Source of the DNA: Octopus sinensis
Taxonomy: Eukaryota
Direction: 5' to 3'
Length of the DNA stretch: 64,000 nucleotides
Assembly: GCF_006345805.1 (NCBI RefSeq)
Contig: NC_043015.1
Coordinates: forward strand, 30,008,001-30,072,000
A program made the position numbers and the translations under genes. This document shows positions 13,561 through 26,312 of this stretch, one piece after another; position 1 is the stretch's first letter, and the number at the start of each line of letters is the position of its first letter. Below the pieces are notes generated by a model, which ran no database searches, had not been told where the DNA came from, and worked only from the letters and a program-made list of their open reading frames with translations.

Positions 13561-14058
13561 AGAGAGAGAGTATAGCCAAGGTAAAGGAGTTATTTAGCAC
13601 CACTGGCAACAAAAGACTTTCTGAATACAAGATAGAGTAGTGTAACACCTGAGTAAGAAGTGCAAAGGCTGGAAAGAAATGAGGCTACAATATTCTGCTG
13701 GAGGTGTTGTAATAATGTGCATGAATGACCAAACAAAGGAGCTGAAAGAAAAATTGGCTGTAAGGGGGATCAGATGTAGTGTGCAACAGAGGAGGTTCTT
13801 CTGGTGTGGGGGTTGACAGTAGGGTAAAGAAGTGTCACACAATCCGAAAGGAAGGAACCTGCAAAAGAGGAAGACCGAGGAAGACTCAGGAAAAAAAAAA
13901 TGTTGAAAGTTGATTTCAAGCTGCTCGACCTCACAAAGAAGATGACTTAGGACCACAATAAACTTAGATGCTATGCTGGTAAAGCAGATATAAAAAGAAT
14001 ATAGTGTGTATGTGTATATCTATATAAGTCTAACTATATCTGTATGGATCTGTGTGTG

Positions 14059-14373
14059 TGTGGACAACGGAAAACCTGGCTGACGACAGTCAAGGCCGAT
14101 CTGGAACACAACCTACGAAGCAATTGCCCCAGCTCCCCTTCAGGGTTGGCGAAAGCGATTTGGTGGACAACAAAAAACATGGCTGATGACAGTCAAGGTT
14201 GAACTGGAACCCAACCTAGGTCCCCATATCTAAGGCGTTCGCCGCTGGAATAAGGAGTGGTTGGAGATCACGCGGTCGTTAGCCTTAAATCGCCAGGCCT
14301 GGTCTGCATTTGTGAGAGATGCAGCATTGAGGATGAATGGAGCCAGCTCAACCCACCCCGGGTGAATGCTGTA
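14059..14373 (+). mobile_element. RTE-like LINE 3' end with an internal duplication of about 55 bp
   Basis: Encodes GQRKTWLTTVKADLE and GVRRWNKEWLEITRSLALNRQAWSAFVRD; 14060-14115 is repeated at 14164-14218. Confidence 0.7.
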
Positions 14374-15081
14374 AGAAAAAAAAAGAAAATGTGTGGGTGT
14401 GTGTAAAATGAAAAAAAAAAAAAACTGACATTGTAGTGGTGGTTGTGTAGTTGAGAGATTTGATACCCAATCGAGTGATTTTAGGTTTAGTTTCATAGTG
14501 ACACCTTGGCAAAGTGTCCTCGACTATGGAGCAGAGTCAACCAAAGCCTTGTGACTGTATTTGGTAAATGGAAACTGAAAGATGCCCATCATATATGCAT
14601 ATAAATGTGTGTGTGTGCGTACACATATGTGAATGTTTGTGTCCCATTGTTTTGACAGCAAAGGATAGTGGTGAACAAGCAACACCAGCATCCTTCATTT
14701 CCTGTCTTCCATGAAAACATGTCGGGCCATAAGAGAAATAAATGAAGAAGGGCATTGCTCCCGCTTCAGTGAATTCTGTCTGAGCCATGCAAGCATGGAA
14801 AAGTGGGTGTTAAAACAGTGACGACCGGCTTACGGAATCAAACCTCGCATCTACAAATCACATAGCTATGCTAGCTGCTTCACAAAAACATACAACTTTA
14901 ATTGTTTTAATTAGCTACCTTAAACAAAATAGAATTCCTCGTGCCAGTCACCTGTCAATAAGTAACTCAGTCAACACACCACCAAAATATGGTATTATAT
15001 ATAAGAAGACAGGGAAAAGTAGTCATCACTTTCACATTCACATTCACTTTTCTATGCTCACATGGCTCTGACAGCGTTTAA

Positions 15082-15301
15082 CCCTTTCGTTACCAACCCG
15101 GCTGAAACCGGCTCTGGCTCTGAGTACAAATGTTTTGTTTTCATAAGTTTTGAATGAAAATCTTCCACCAAACCTTAATCACAATTTATGTTCTTAACAC
15201 TAGCTGAATGATAATTAAGCTATTTTACTAAATTCTTTGTTATGTTTAAAGTAATTGAGAGAAATACAAAGCCTCTCAAAATAAATACGGTAATGAAAGG
15301 G
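15082..15301. mobile_element. piggyBac-like MITE
   Basis: TIRs ccctttcgttacc / ggtaatgaaaggg with a TTAA flank; same family as 47634-47854. Confidence 0.8.
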
Positions 15302-16004
15302 TCAAGGCAGATTTTCTAAGGCCTGATTGTCCTTCCTGTTGCCAACTCTCGCCCATTTCCAAGTGAGATATTTTTGTACGGCCAGAGACATATTTTCACA
15401 AATGACTGGAAATGAAGGAGACCACTTGCAGGACTGTGACACATTCGCTTCCAACTGTCGCGTGATGTCAATCAAGGCAAGGAATGCAACAAGTGGTAGA
15501 ATGCTGAATTGGAGGAGGGAGTACATCCAATCCCTGCAAGGATGGAAAAAAACCCAAAAGCTAATGTAACTGATAATGGGGAAAATAGAAATCATTTATA
15601 GTCATTTATTTATGGCTGGGAGGATCTGAGAAGCAAAAATCAAAAGTATTTCAGCTATGGCTATCTTCTTTTATTTATCCAATGCCCTTTGTTTTAAGAC
15701 ACCAGGGAGTGTTATTTGAGGAAGATTTAACTGACATTTCCAGCAGATCAACTGGTTGTATAAAAGCTCCCTCAGTAAAAATACATAGTGTTAATAAATA
15801 ATATATGAGAATGTACCAACAGCCAACTGTAAACATCATCTAAAATAATCATCACTCACCATCAAAACAGTTTGTTGTTTCCTTGACAACAGCTAGTGAC
15901 AATCAACACTAACTCTACAATTATATTCAAACTGCACCACCATCTCTCTCTTTCTCTCTCCCATGTATTGATATGCAACAAGATCAAAGAGAACATGTGA
16001 TCAC

Positions 16005-16097
16005 CTGAGATTAAAGGTTCACTTCTGGCCAGCAGTGCTTCATGTAGGTAATGATATAGGCAATTAACTTCTAGTTCGCTTAGTTGTAATTGAGGTG
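16005..16097 (-). CDS. Candidate exon (APQLQLSELEVNCLYHYLHEALLARSEPLIS)
   Basis: actttgtag acceptor, CAG|gtgatc donor, 93 nt, open only in the phase-1 frame; a second donor ATG|gtgagt lies at 15860. Confidence 0.35.
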
Positions 16098-16422
16098 CTA
16101 CAAAGTAGAAACACCTCACTTTCCTGCCGTAAGCAAGTGGTACACGACAAGTGCTTTGTTAGTTTGCAGTGCAGGGTTCAGTCTCCTGTGTAGTAACTGG
16201 GACTACTATACAAAGCTGACTTGCCGAAGAACAATCTACATAAAGACAGAATCTTCAGTGCTGCCACAACACCGACAAGGTAGAATGAGTTTGTATGCAA
16301 CAACACAAGTAATAGTGGTGACGTTACATACAGACTGGTGTATCTATACTTTAACAAAAAGTACACTGGTCATACACACACAAACACACACACATTTTCT
16401 CTCCTTGTTTCTTTCTGTGTCC

Positions 16423-16458
16423 CTTTCTGTAGAAGAGCGTACGCTCGAAACGTAAAAG
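16423..16458 (+). ncRNA. Minimal type I hammerhead-ribozyme-like motif (U6 variant) within a short interspersed repeat (about 16395-16545)
   Basis: CTTT-CTGTAGA-A-GAGC(GTAC)GCTC-GAA-ACGT-A-AAAG: stems I and II pair and helix III is the palindrome ACGT. Confidence 0.55.
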
Positions 16459-17489
16459 ACTTTCTATTCCTGAGTGTTATACTAATACATCTGTTTGTTT
16501 TGTACACCACCTGTCTTCGTCTTTTGTTTTTTTCGCAAACAGTCCCTTAAATGTTTTTCATTTTCAAATTTTGTTCCTGTCGAATCTTATCCGTTATTTT
16601 TGTGGTTCTATGTGTTGAATCTCACCCTAAGTGTGGATTCCTTATGTGTATAAATATACACTATATCGTATGACTAATATATAGTCTTCTTGACTAAATT
16701 TTTACACGTTAGACCACTGGAAATGTAAATTTTGATTGAATATTTTAAATTTAATTAAATTCCATTTCCCTTTTGATATGATATGATATATATATATATA
16801 TAAATAATGCTAACTACTATTTGATGCATAAAGTATGTATGGTAGGAGAGTTCTGGCTAAGGAAGGAAGAGAGGAGAGCAAATATTTCAAAGTCAGCATA
16901 ATTAGAGGAACCAAGACCATATTTACTAGCAATAGAAAAGAGAGAACAGACAAATTATGACGCTGGGTACTGAAAAGTATAAGCTTGCCAAAGCAGATAA
17001 GTAGCATTTTCTTTTAGTAACATTGAAATCATGTCAGATTAAAATCTGGGGATCCATGAGACTTAACAAGGAATTAAATGCAGGAATTTCTAAGGGAACG
17101 CCAAAGGTTTACAGTGTCGTAAACTTGATTATTTCAAGTAAACGGTGGTTGTGATTTTAGTGTTAGTCAATTTGAATGAGGACAAGCTGCCATTTCCTTA
17201 TAGTATGTTGCGGAGTTCTTGTTCAACCCTGCTCCAGTAGATCTATAAATCAAAGACGTTCCTCTTATAAATATAAAGTGTTATTCGATGGAGATTTGAC
17301 TGCTATTTCTAGCGTGTTCAATGACCGCATAGAGGTTCCCTTGTTGACCAAATTTCACCATACTTTGCGGAAGCATTTAGTGAGTGTCGGTTGGACGAAG
17401 CGTGTATACCGAATATGGGAGAGGCCGCAAGAGGTGATATCATACACATAGGGGTGTGTGTGTTTGTATGTGTGTTTGTGTGTGAAGGC

Positions 17490-17830
17490 CAACCAGTGTG
17501 GAACCCTCTAGTTATCGGAGCATAAGACCAGGGAAAGCCCCCATCAAAACAATTGTAAAGGGGTCGACCGAGCAGAGACAGAGAAGCTTCTGGCGGCGGA
17601 ACAACGATATATTATTGTTGCGTGCCAAACCCTGTCGAATGTTCTGCTTGATGTCAAGGACAATAACATAGAACTTCTCAAGGGCGGTCTCTTGTACGCC
17701 AGTGGCTGCGCAGAATTATTATTCATTGCTGGCCACAATCGGTGCTGACTGTGAAAGCTATTAACAGGTTAGTTTGGCAGAATCAAATAGGTTTGTCTTG
17801 AGTGGGAGTGGAGCAAAGTCACGTTTTCAC
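17490..17830 (-). mobile_element. Degenerate LINE reverse-transcriptase fragment
   Basis: Frameshifted IVLDIK/TFDRVWH, matching the RT motif 'LDI.KAFDRVWH'. Confidence 0.6.
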
Positions 17831-17851
17831 ATCTCGAGGTAAGTATCAACA

Positions 17852-17869
17852 GCGAGAGAGAGAGAGTAT

Positions 17870-17916
<47 letters not shown>

Positions 17917-18126
17917 TATGTGTGTGTGAGAGAGAGAGAGCGAGGGAGGGAGAGAGACAGAGTGTGTGCGAGGGAGAGAGACAGAGTGTGTGTGAGAAAG
18001 AGAGAGAGACAGAGTATTATGTATGTGTGTGTGTGTGTGAGAGAGAGAGAAAGACAGACAGAGTGTGTGTGTGTGTGTGTGAGAGAGAGACAGACAGAGT
18101 ATGTGTGTGTGTGAGAGAGAGAGAGA
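17852..18126. repeat. Compound (GA)n/(GT)n microsatellite
   Basis: Direct inspection. Confidence 0.95.
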
Positions 18127-20211
18127 AGAACTGTCACGTTTAAAGAAAGAGATACTGCTACAGCAACCATTCGCAATAATAATAGTAGTAGTAGTGGTAG
18201 TACCAAGAGCACCTACATCCATCTTTGGTACAGAAATGTGTTGCATCATATTACTGCTTTAATAAAAAACAGCACTAAAAGAGTAGACCGAAAAGCAGGA
18301 TATTTACACAAAGTTCCATTCTAAATATTTCACCAGTTTTCTTCTTGTTTTTTAAATACAAGACACAAATTTCACAAGAAATATAGGAATTCGAATTACG
18401 TTCAGTTTTAAATATACAGACAGCCAATATATGAACGGGTACCACACGTTTTGGTTAACATCAACACGGTTCCACATCACGTTTACCAAAGAGAAAAAAT
18501 GTCTGAAGAGGCATCTACGTGGATGTTCTTCTTGCTAAAAACAACAACCAAATCTCATTCAAATCACACCCTATTGTCTTTAAAAAAAAAGAAGGACACC
18601 CTAGACAATATAGTCCTAGAGATACTAAGACATAGAAAACTAGGATAAGATGGCCACAAGAAGGATGCCTTTGGTTGTAAAGTCTGCTAAAACTGGAGTC
18701 GACTCGGAGCCAAGCAACAGTACGAAAAAGTAAATTCCAATCTCTTGAAGTAACTATTTTATATTAGGAACAATTGTTTAATTATCTCATCACAAACACT
18801 ACATTCCGTTAGGACAATTTTTAGCAGAATTAGAGCTCTGGAAAATCCGACATTTCGTTACATGCTGGTTGGAGTAGGGGATATTTTCAAGAGAATTCGA
18901 ACCAGAAGAAAAGAATTTCGGTATCTAATCCCGCCGAGGTCGACTTGCCTTTCATCCTTTCGGGGTCGATAAATTAAGTACCAGTTACACACTGGGGTCG
19001 ATGTAATCGACTTAATATCTATGTCCTTGTTTGTCCCCTCTGTGTTTAGCCCCTTGTGGGTAATAAAGAAATAGGTATCTAAAACTAGCTGTAGTTTCCT
19101 TAGATCCGTCCACTCTCCCACTAATTACTACTACTTACTAGTATATAGTCTATTATAAACGTACACACAAAACTTGAACAATAAAAAGGAAAGAAGAAAA
19201 AGGAAGAGAATGTATTTACAAATCAACAAACGAACAGAAAAAAAACTAGAACACCCTTGAATAATCCAACAGAAAGATAAATATGTGTGGTGTGGAGTGC
19301 GTGGTGCTGAAAAAAATTACACGAGTTCTAGAAAGAAAGAAAGACGAAATGAGGGCAACACCAAAGAAAGAGATTGATTAGAAGGAGGAGGAGCTATTTT
19401 TGGTAATTCACTTCAGACTGTGTTGTGTGGATGTGGTTGGCAAAGTGAAAAGGCAAATTAATAGTAGTATTAGTAGTAGTAGAGAACACCATTAGAAATT
19501 TAGTTCCCAAGTAAGTAAGTAGAAGGAAGAGGAGGGAAAAAACAGAGGCGGCAGCAGCAGAGGTGGTGGTGGTGGTGGTTTTAGTGACAAACAGTAATAG
19601 CTTTCCTGTAGGTGTGTAGCTCAAAGCACCCCCCTCCACTCGCTTTCGTTCTCTCTTTCTTTCTGATTCTCTCTTTGACCAAGACTTACAAAAAGCAGCC
19701 AACACACATCGAAACGTATAATGAGAGAAAAAAAATAAGGAAAACCGGAAAAAGCAAAGAAAGAAAAAAAAAAGAAAATGGAACATGGTTGTGTCGAGTA
19801 ATAATAATAATAATAATGATGTTCAGAGAAAAAGGACGAAGAGTTTGGTTTAATGATTACGAGAAGGTAAATCACGACCGTATAAAAACTACCACTACTA
19901 CTGCCCGTTAAGAGACCAATGTAAGACAAGGAGAAAGAACCATGTACTTTACGTGTCTAGGAAAGAACCACCCAAACGCCATCGTCTATTAAACAGCCAA
20001 CAAAGAAGCTTCTACCGTGGATGCTCGACCTGCTAGAAATAGCAACGATATCTCCATCAACTACCTTAAACAAAGGACTAATCCGATGATAAAACAAAAT
20101 ATACAGGATAGTCATGGTTGGAATGCCTTTGATCATAGACTAGCTTCAGAGTTGACCCCAGGGTTAAACAATACATTTTATAATCTTCTAAGATTCTAGG
20201 TTCTAACCTAC

Positions 20212-20352
20212 CACACCCTAGTATGGATAAGACTTCAGTTTGCGGAAATTCATCCTCTTCTTTATTATCCGAGAAGACAGGACCAACACACCAAGAAGTG
20301 TAATGAGCTATGGGGTACCGACATCTCACTGTTCTTGTATTACATTCAAATC
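20212..20352 (-). CDS. Candidate exon (GFECNTRTVRCRYPIAHYTSWCVGPVFSDNKEEDEFPQTEVLSILGC)
   Basis: tctgcag acceptor, gtaggt donor, 141 nt (multiple of 3), open only in the phase-1 frame, unique sequence. Confidence 0.35.
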
Positions 20353-21118
20353 CTGCAGATACGAGGGGCGGATCGATAGACACAGACACTGCCACGTTAG
20401 TTGACTACCTTTATATAATATATATATACTAGTGTCGCTATGTTGTTATATTTTGCTTTACAAATTTTCTCACATTAATTGAAGCACTAGCTACAAAACA
20501 ATTACCAATTCGTTAATTGGAATCGATGCACGACATATAACCAACACATCTCGTACTACTAGGATGACGATCGACCTCTGGTGACCTCCTTGACAAATCC
20601 TCGTCAATGTGATCGATCAGGAAGGGGGTTTCAAGTTCTCAGCAGGTGGTGGTGGAAAGATTGATGTTTCATGGTAGATTTTTACACATACACATCTGCC
20701 TCTTTCTCTTGGCACTCGTAAATCCTTATTTCGCGAGAGCTGTTTGCTATTTTAGGCAAATAATCTGAAAGAATGTCACAAGAAATTCCTCACATGTTCC
20801 ATTCGACTGCGTATTTACAAACAGAAAAAAGTCGAATACGATTAAAAAAACAAACTACTTAAGCATTTTCTCCGTAACATATATTATTGCCAAGGTAAAT
20901 TTAAATGTAATTTTCTAATTAGCAACGGCTTCAGTCACAGGCAGGTGAGGCGTTGATGTTGTTCCAATAGGGACAACTGGGGTGAAAAAAACAAGCCATA
21001 TCACGCCACACCCGGTTCTTATCACTTCAACAACTACCAAACAGCCCCACAAAAAACCCATTATCCTCATCAGCTATGTGAGAACTGTTCTGAATATTTA
21101 CATAGGGAGCCTCTACAC

Positions 21119-21268
21119 CAGGAGGCATAGGTAACCTTCTGCGAGAAGCGGACAGCAGCAGACATGTCTAATCACCATGCAACCCGCACTACTAAAAAGA
21201 TTCAAGGTAATTTTTCCGATGGCGTGCTATTTCAGAAAGCTCCGTGGGTTGCAGTTTGTCCATAACTG
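21119..21268. mobile_element. hAT-like MITE with 8-bp TSD
   Basis: CAG...CTG termini flanked by ctctacac / ctctacat; a similar element lies at about 10384-10532. Confidence 0.65.
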
Positions 21269-22098
21269 CTCTACATTAGTCACTCAGCCTACTTGAAAGG
21301 ACAGCCAAATCTCCTTCAAATCATACCCTACCGACCTGAAAAGATGGACAGCACACTGAATAATGGTGCTAGATGCCCCTATCAAACAAAGGCCTGTATG
21401 ATCAGAACTGTTCTGGAGTTAAGAACGAGATAGTGTAACCTTATGGAAATCATTTGAGGGAGAGATGGTGGGCAAGCCGATGATACCAGTTAAACCTGTT
21501 ATATATATATATATATTCCAATTTTCCCCTCCCTTTTTACAGAAAAGAAAGTGAGTCTGCGAAGTTGATGTCTTTTCCGTAGCCATCCGTCAACGACATA
21601 AACTAGAATTAATTCCAAATAGTAACTGGGCCCGAAAACTTTCACGGCAATGATTCCTGAGTTTGTCACAAGGGCAGCAAAGGACAACCCTTCAATATAA
21701 ACGATTAGGTCAAGTAAAGGCAACAACACACACATACATCACTAGGCCAAATTTTATAGTTGTCGAGTCGATTGCCTCATGGATATTATTAATACATTAC
21801 CTTATATATTTATTTTACCGAGTGCAAATGGATAATTTATACAAAAGGTACTCGGCATCCGAACCACATCAACCAACCACGCGACCGTCGAAATATTTAA
21901 TTTGTTGTTTACATAGATGAGAGGGTAGGCAGTCCGTATATTACTGGTATGTCCTGCTTTTACTGATCGTGAAAGGGTGCCGTGAGAAACGATTTCTTCG
22001 GACCGGCACCTTCAGTTTTGTCATTGCCATGCTGGAGCACAAAACTCAGATTGAAACTGGGAAGTTAAAAGACGATGACAGTTGGATACCATTCCATG

Positions 22099-22257
22099 CA
22101 GGTGCGGTCCCAGGAATTTTTTCGAAGGGAAGGCACAAGGTCAGAAGGGGACACAATTCTAGGAGAAAAGGGCGTAACAACATTATTTTTAGAAGGGCAC
22201 ACTTCTTTTCGGGGAGGGAGGAAGGGGCAATGCCCCTCATTCCCGGGTCCGCTCCTG
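22099..22257. mobile_element. Small MITE with GC-rich TIRs
   Basis: caggtgcggtcccagga ... tcccgggtccgctcctg imperfect inverted termini. Confidence 0.55.
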
Positions 22258-22527
22258 TTATATCAATTCGACATTCAGCAGACACTGAGGTACGTATGTT
22301 CAACCCAGATAGACGAAGACGTTCTAGCCATGACGCTCTCGTCTTTTAATCAAGCATACATACTATATCTGATACATAATTCAAAATGTCCCCTCCCCCT
22401 CTCTCTCTCTCTCTCACACACACACACGCGATTTGAAAGAGATTTGGCTGCTGTGTTTACCAGGTCGAACAGCAGCAATACATCAAGCTTCCTTGTTGGC
22501 GGAGGTAGCATAAAATAAACCAAACAC

Positions 22528-22672
22528 CTTGGATCTGAACCGAGAGATAGAGCGAGACAAAGTTAAATTGTGATAATGTAAGAGCAATTAGTGTTGTTTG
22601 TAGTAGCAGCGATAGCAGGGCCGCCGTGATCACACACAGAACCGTGTGCGCCGCCGTGGCTGCTGATACCAT
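22528..22672 (-). CDS. Candidate first coding exon with hydrophobic signal/TM-like N-terminus (MVSAATAAHTVLCVITAALLSLLLQTTLIALTLSQFNFVSLYLSVQIQ)
   Basis: ATG-started open frame ending CAAG|gtgttt (phase 1, weak donor); could equally be UTR. Confidence 0.3.
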
Positions 22673-24000
22673 AAATACGAAGATAGAGAGAAAAGGAAAG
22701 AAGAACCAGAGAAAGAAGACTTCTTTTTTTTTTCCTCCCCATTTTGGATTTTCAAAAAATAAATTATATACAAGAAAAAAGCCAAAGCTACCCAGGACGA
22801 ATGCTCGGTTGGTAGGTAGGTCGCGGGTTTTACTAACAAGTGGCTATTTTACGTGGGTGATACAGAAGCAGGGCAGCTTTTAGGTACCAGATTCGGTTAT
22901 TAAAACAATTATTTAGCACGGTTTTAGGGGCACTGCTTATATCGCATTATCTGACACGAAGCAACGAGAACTTCTACCTGTTAGAAATAGCAGCCAAATC
23001 ATACGCTTATCATCCGAGAGGAGAGAGGGAAATGGTGGAAAATGCTTTCTTTGTTATTGAGATAATTAACAGTTTGTTTGTTTGTTATGAATAAAAGCCG
23101 AGGACATTATCACCAACAACAACAATAAACACACTAAGGCAATTCATTTCTGTCTTCACTGCTACTACCGAGGATGGCGCCAACCCAAGAAATGTGCCAG
23201 TCAGAACACGTTCTCCTTGTTGGCCAGGATTCATATTATATATCTGCAGTTCCACACACACATATATATATATATAAATAATCAAGGAGGGTTTGTTTTA
23301 GTGTGAGGAAAGACTAACCCGTGCCCTGTGTTATGATTAAACCATCTGAAGGCTACAAAAAACTACTTTGTTAAACCACCCAACAAACCAAACCGCCAAA
23401 GACACAACAAAACACCTAAACTACAAAATGGTTTTTGGTTTTTTATTTTCCTAAACATATTCGCAGTTTCATGGTTGCTGTGTGTGTGTTGTTTCTGTCG
23501 TCAATTCATTCCTAGATAGAAAAGAAGAAAAATGTCGATCGAAAAACCAGAGAGAAGCCGCGAACGACGTGTGAAACTGTAAAATGGTTTCTGGGTTCTA
23601 GCAAGTCCTTTTTTAAGGTTCACCTTTCTTCTCAAACCGAATCACGAGCAGGGTTGACCCCACGTATGTATGTATACAGGGAGCTGAGTGTATAGTTTAT
23701 GGTATGTTGAAAAGAAAGAAGGAAAAATAAAAGCAATAAGAACATCTGCAGCTTAGGTATTTATTTAGTCATTGCTATATTTACTGACGAGTCATAATAT
23801 AATATAATCGGCGTGGACATGGATGATGCAGCTTAAGAGAAAATTGCAGTACACAGGAGGAGGTTTTTTAATCCAGAATTTAATGAGATTTCGGTGAGTG
23901 AGGTTCGTTAGATGCGGGGAAATTAACAGCCAAGTGCTTCAGACATTACAACAAACCCAACACCTGAAAATTAAGTGTCATCCCCCTCTCACACACATCG

Positions 24001-24042
24001 TGTGTGTGTGTATATATATATATATATAATATATATATATAT

Positions 24043-24095
<53 letters not shown>

Positions 24096-24106
24096 CATAC
24101 ATATAT

Positions 24107-24151
<45 letters not shown>

Positions 24152-24400
24152 TATGTGTATATATATATATAGTGTATATGTGTGTGTATATATATATATA
24201 TAGTGTATGTGTATATATATATATATATAGTGTATATATATATATATATAGTGTATGTGTGTATATATATAGTGTATGTGTGTATATGTATATATAGTGT
24301 ATGTATGTATATGTATATATAGTGTATGTATGTATATATATATAGTGTATGTGTGTAGATGTATATATATATATATATATAGTGTATGTGTGTATATATA
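24001..24400. repeat. (TA)n-GTGTATGTG minisatellite block 1
   Basis: Repeating unit tatatatagtgtatgtgtg. Confidence 0.95.
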
Positions 24401-25094
24401 GACACGCACACATCTTTTTATAAATAACTAAGCCTGCCCATCATAGCGATTGTTTTGTCGGTTCTACATCACACGCCCTATACACCATTAGAAGCTTGTG
24501 TTCAATATAAAAGAATATCAAACACATCTATCTTTTAAGCCACATGACATTTTACTAACCATAATACTTGAAATAGCGAGCAACCAAGAAGGAAAAAAAA
24601 ATAGGAAGAATAACCAAACAGGTTCCAGCATAAATATTATACATTACTGCAGTCTGTCTTGACATGATGAAAAAAGAAAAAAAGCCACCTTTGCAATGAA
24701 AGGTGTATATGTGTGTGTTTTAGAGATGACGAGATGGATATATAAAGTTGTATTCCACTTCAGAAAAGGCCCTCTCTCTCTCTATCTCATTTATAATTGG
24801 TTTTGGCCATTTTAGGACGATTTCCCAGCTAAGTTTTAGACGGATTGCTAAAAGAAAGGTAGGTACAGGAGACTTTTGATGGCCATTTCATTGTGAAACA
24901 CGAGACAGCTACCGAAATAATAATAATAATAAGACGAACAACTTTGTTCACAATGAAATGAGGATTCGCATGAAGATTAATAACAATCTGAACGACCAAA
25001 GGGGGGAAAAACACACACCGAGGGACCGCTAAAAGAAGAAATAAGATGCGAGATATTGCCGATAAATGTCTGGTCCATGTTACACTTATGTAGG

Positions 25095-25185
25095 TGTATA
25101 TATATATATATATATATATAGTGTATGTGTATATATATATATATATTATATAGTGTATTGTGTGTATATATATATATATTATAGT

Positions 25186-25216
<31 letters not shown>

Positions 25217-25516
25217 GTGTATGTGTGTATATATATATAGTGTATGTGTATATATATATATTATATATATATATATAGTGTATGTGTGTGTATATATATA
25301 GTGTATGTGTAATATATATATATATATAGTGTATGTGTGTGTATATATATATAGTGTATGTGTGTGTATATATATATAGTGTATGTGTGTGTATATATAT
25401 ATAGTGTATGTGTGTATATATATATAGTGTATGTGTGTATATATATATAGTGTATGTGTGTATATATAGTGTATGTGTGTATATATATATAGTGTATGTG
25501 TGTATATATATATAGT

Positions 25517-25558
<42 letters not shown>

Positions 25559-25676
25559 TGTGTGTATATATATATAGTGTATGTGTGTGTATATATATAT
25601 ATAGTGTATGTGTATATATATAGTGTATGTGTGTGTATATATATATATATATAGTGTATGCGTATATATATATATA
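25095..25676. repeat. (TA)n-GTGTATGTG minisatellite block 2
   Basis: Same unit as 24001-24400. Confidence 0.95.
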
Positions 25677-26262
25677 CTGATGGTGTTGTTGGTACACAGA
25701 CGTCTAAGTGCACTCGATACATGCTTCGAATGAATGGGAAAAGTCGGTTAATATATTAAACCCGGCATATGCATACATTATGTGTATGTGTGTGTGTATA
25801 TATACATGTATATATTATATATATGATTTATTATACGCGGAATTCGGTCGTCCAGAGCTCTCTCTCTCTCTCTCTTCTCCTCCCTACCACATGAAACCAA
25901 CATGTCCACCTGTCCTTCAAAAAGACACACACACAGAAGCTTAAGTCTACTTAATTGGCTGCTAAATTGAATAGATTCTCGTCCCGGAGAGGCAGGACAA
26001 GACAAAATATATATATGTACCATTTCATTCAGACCAAACTAAGACATCGCAACCCGCAACCACATTATCGTGTAATTATTTGCTCAAAGAAGAAAGCATC
26101 CAACACATATTTTCTCCCTCTTCACTTTGGCAGTGGAGACGATATTTTAAAGATCCTGCAAATTCTCTCTCTCTCTTTTACCCGTTTGTCTTGTAGTCAT
26201 CTATACAGAACCGCATATACTGTAATTATATACATATACACACATACATATACAGCATGTGC

Positions 26263-26312
<50 letters not shown>

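Noticed and set aside
17530-17844. Plus-strand exon ending at GAG|gtaagt
   Set aside because: Lies within a minus-strand LINE RT remnant and has no partner exons.
21000-21009. SRE-like ATCACGCCAC (and an RFX-like TTTCCATAGCAAC near 30377)
   Set aside because: Single short motifs without supporting context; expected by chance in 64 kb.
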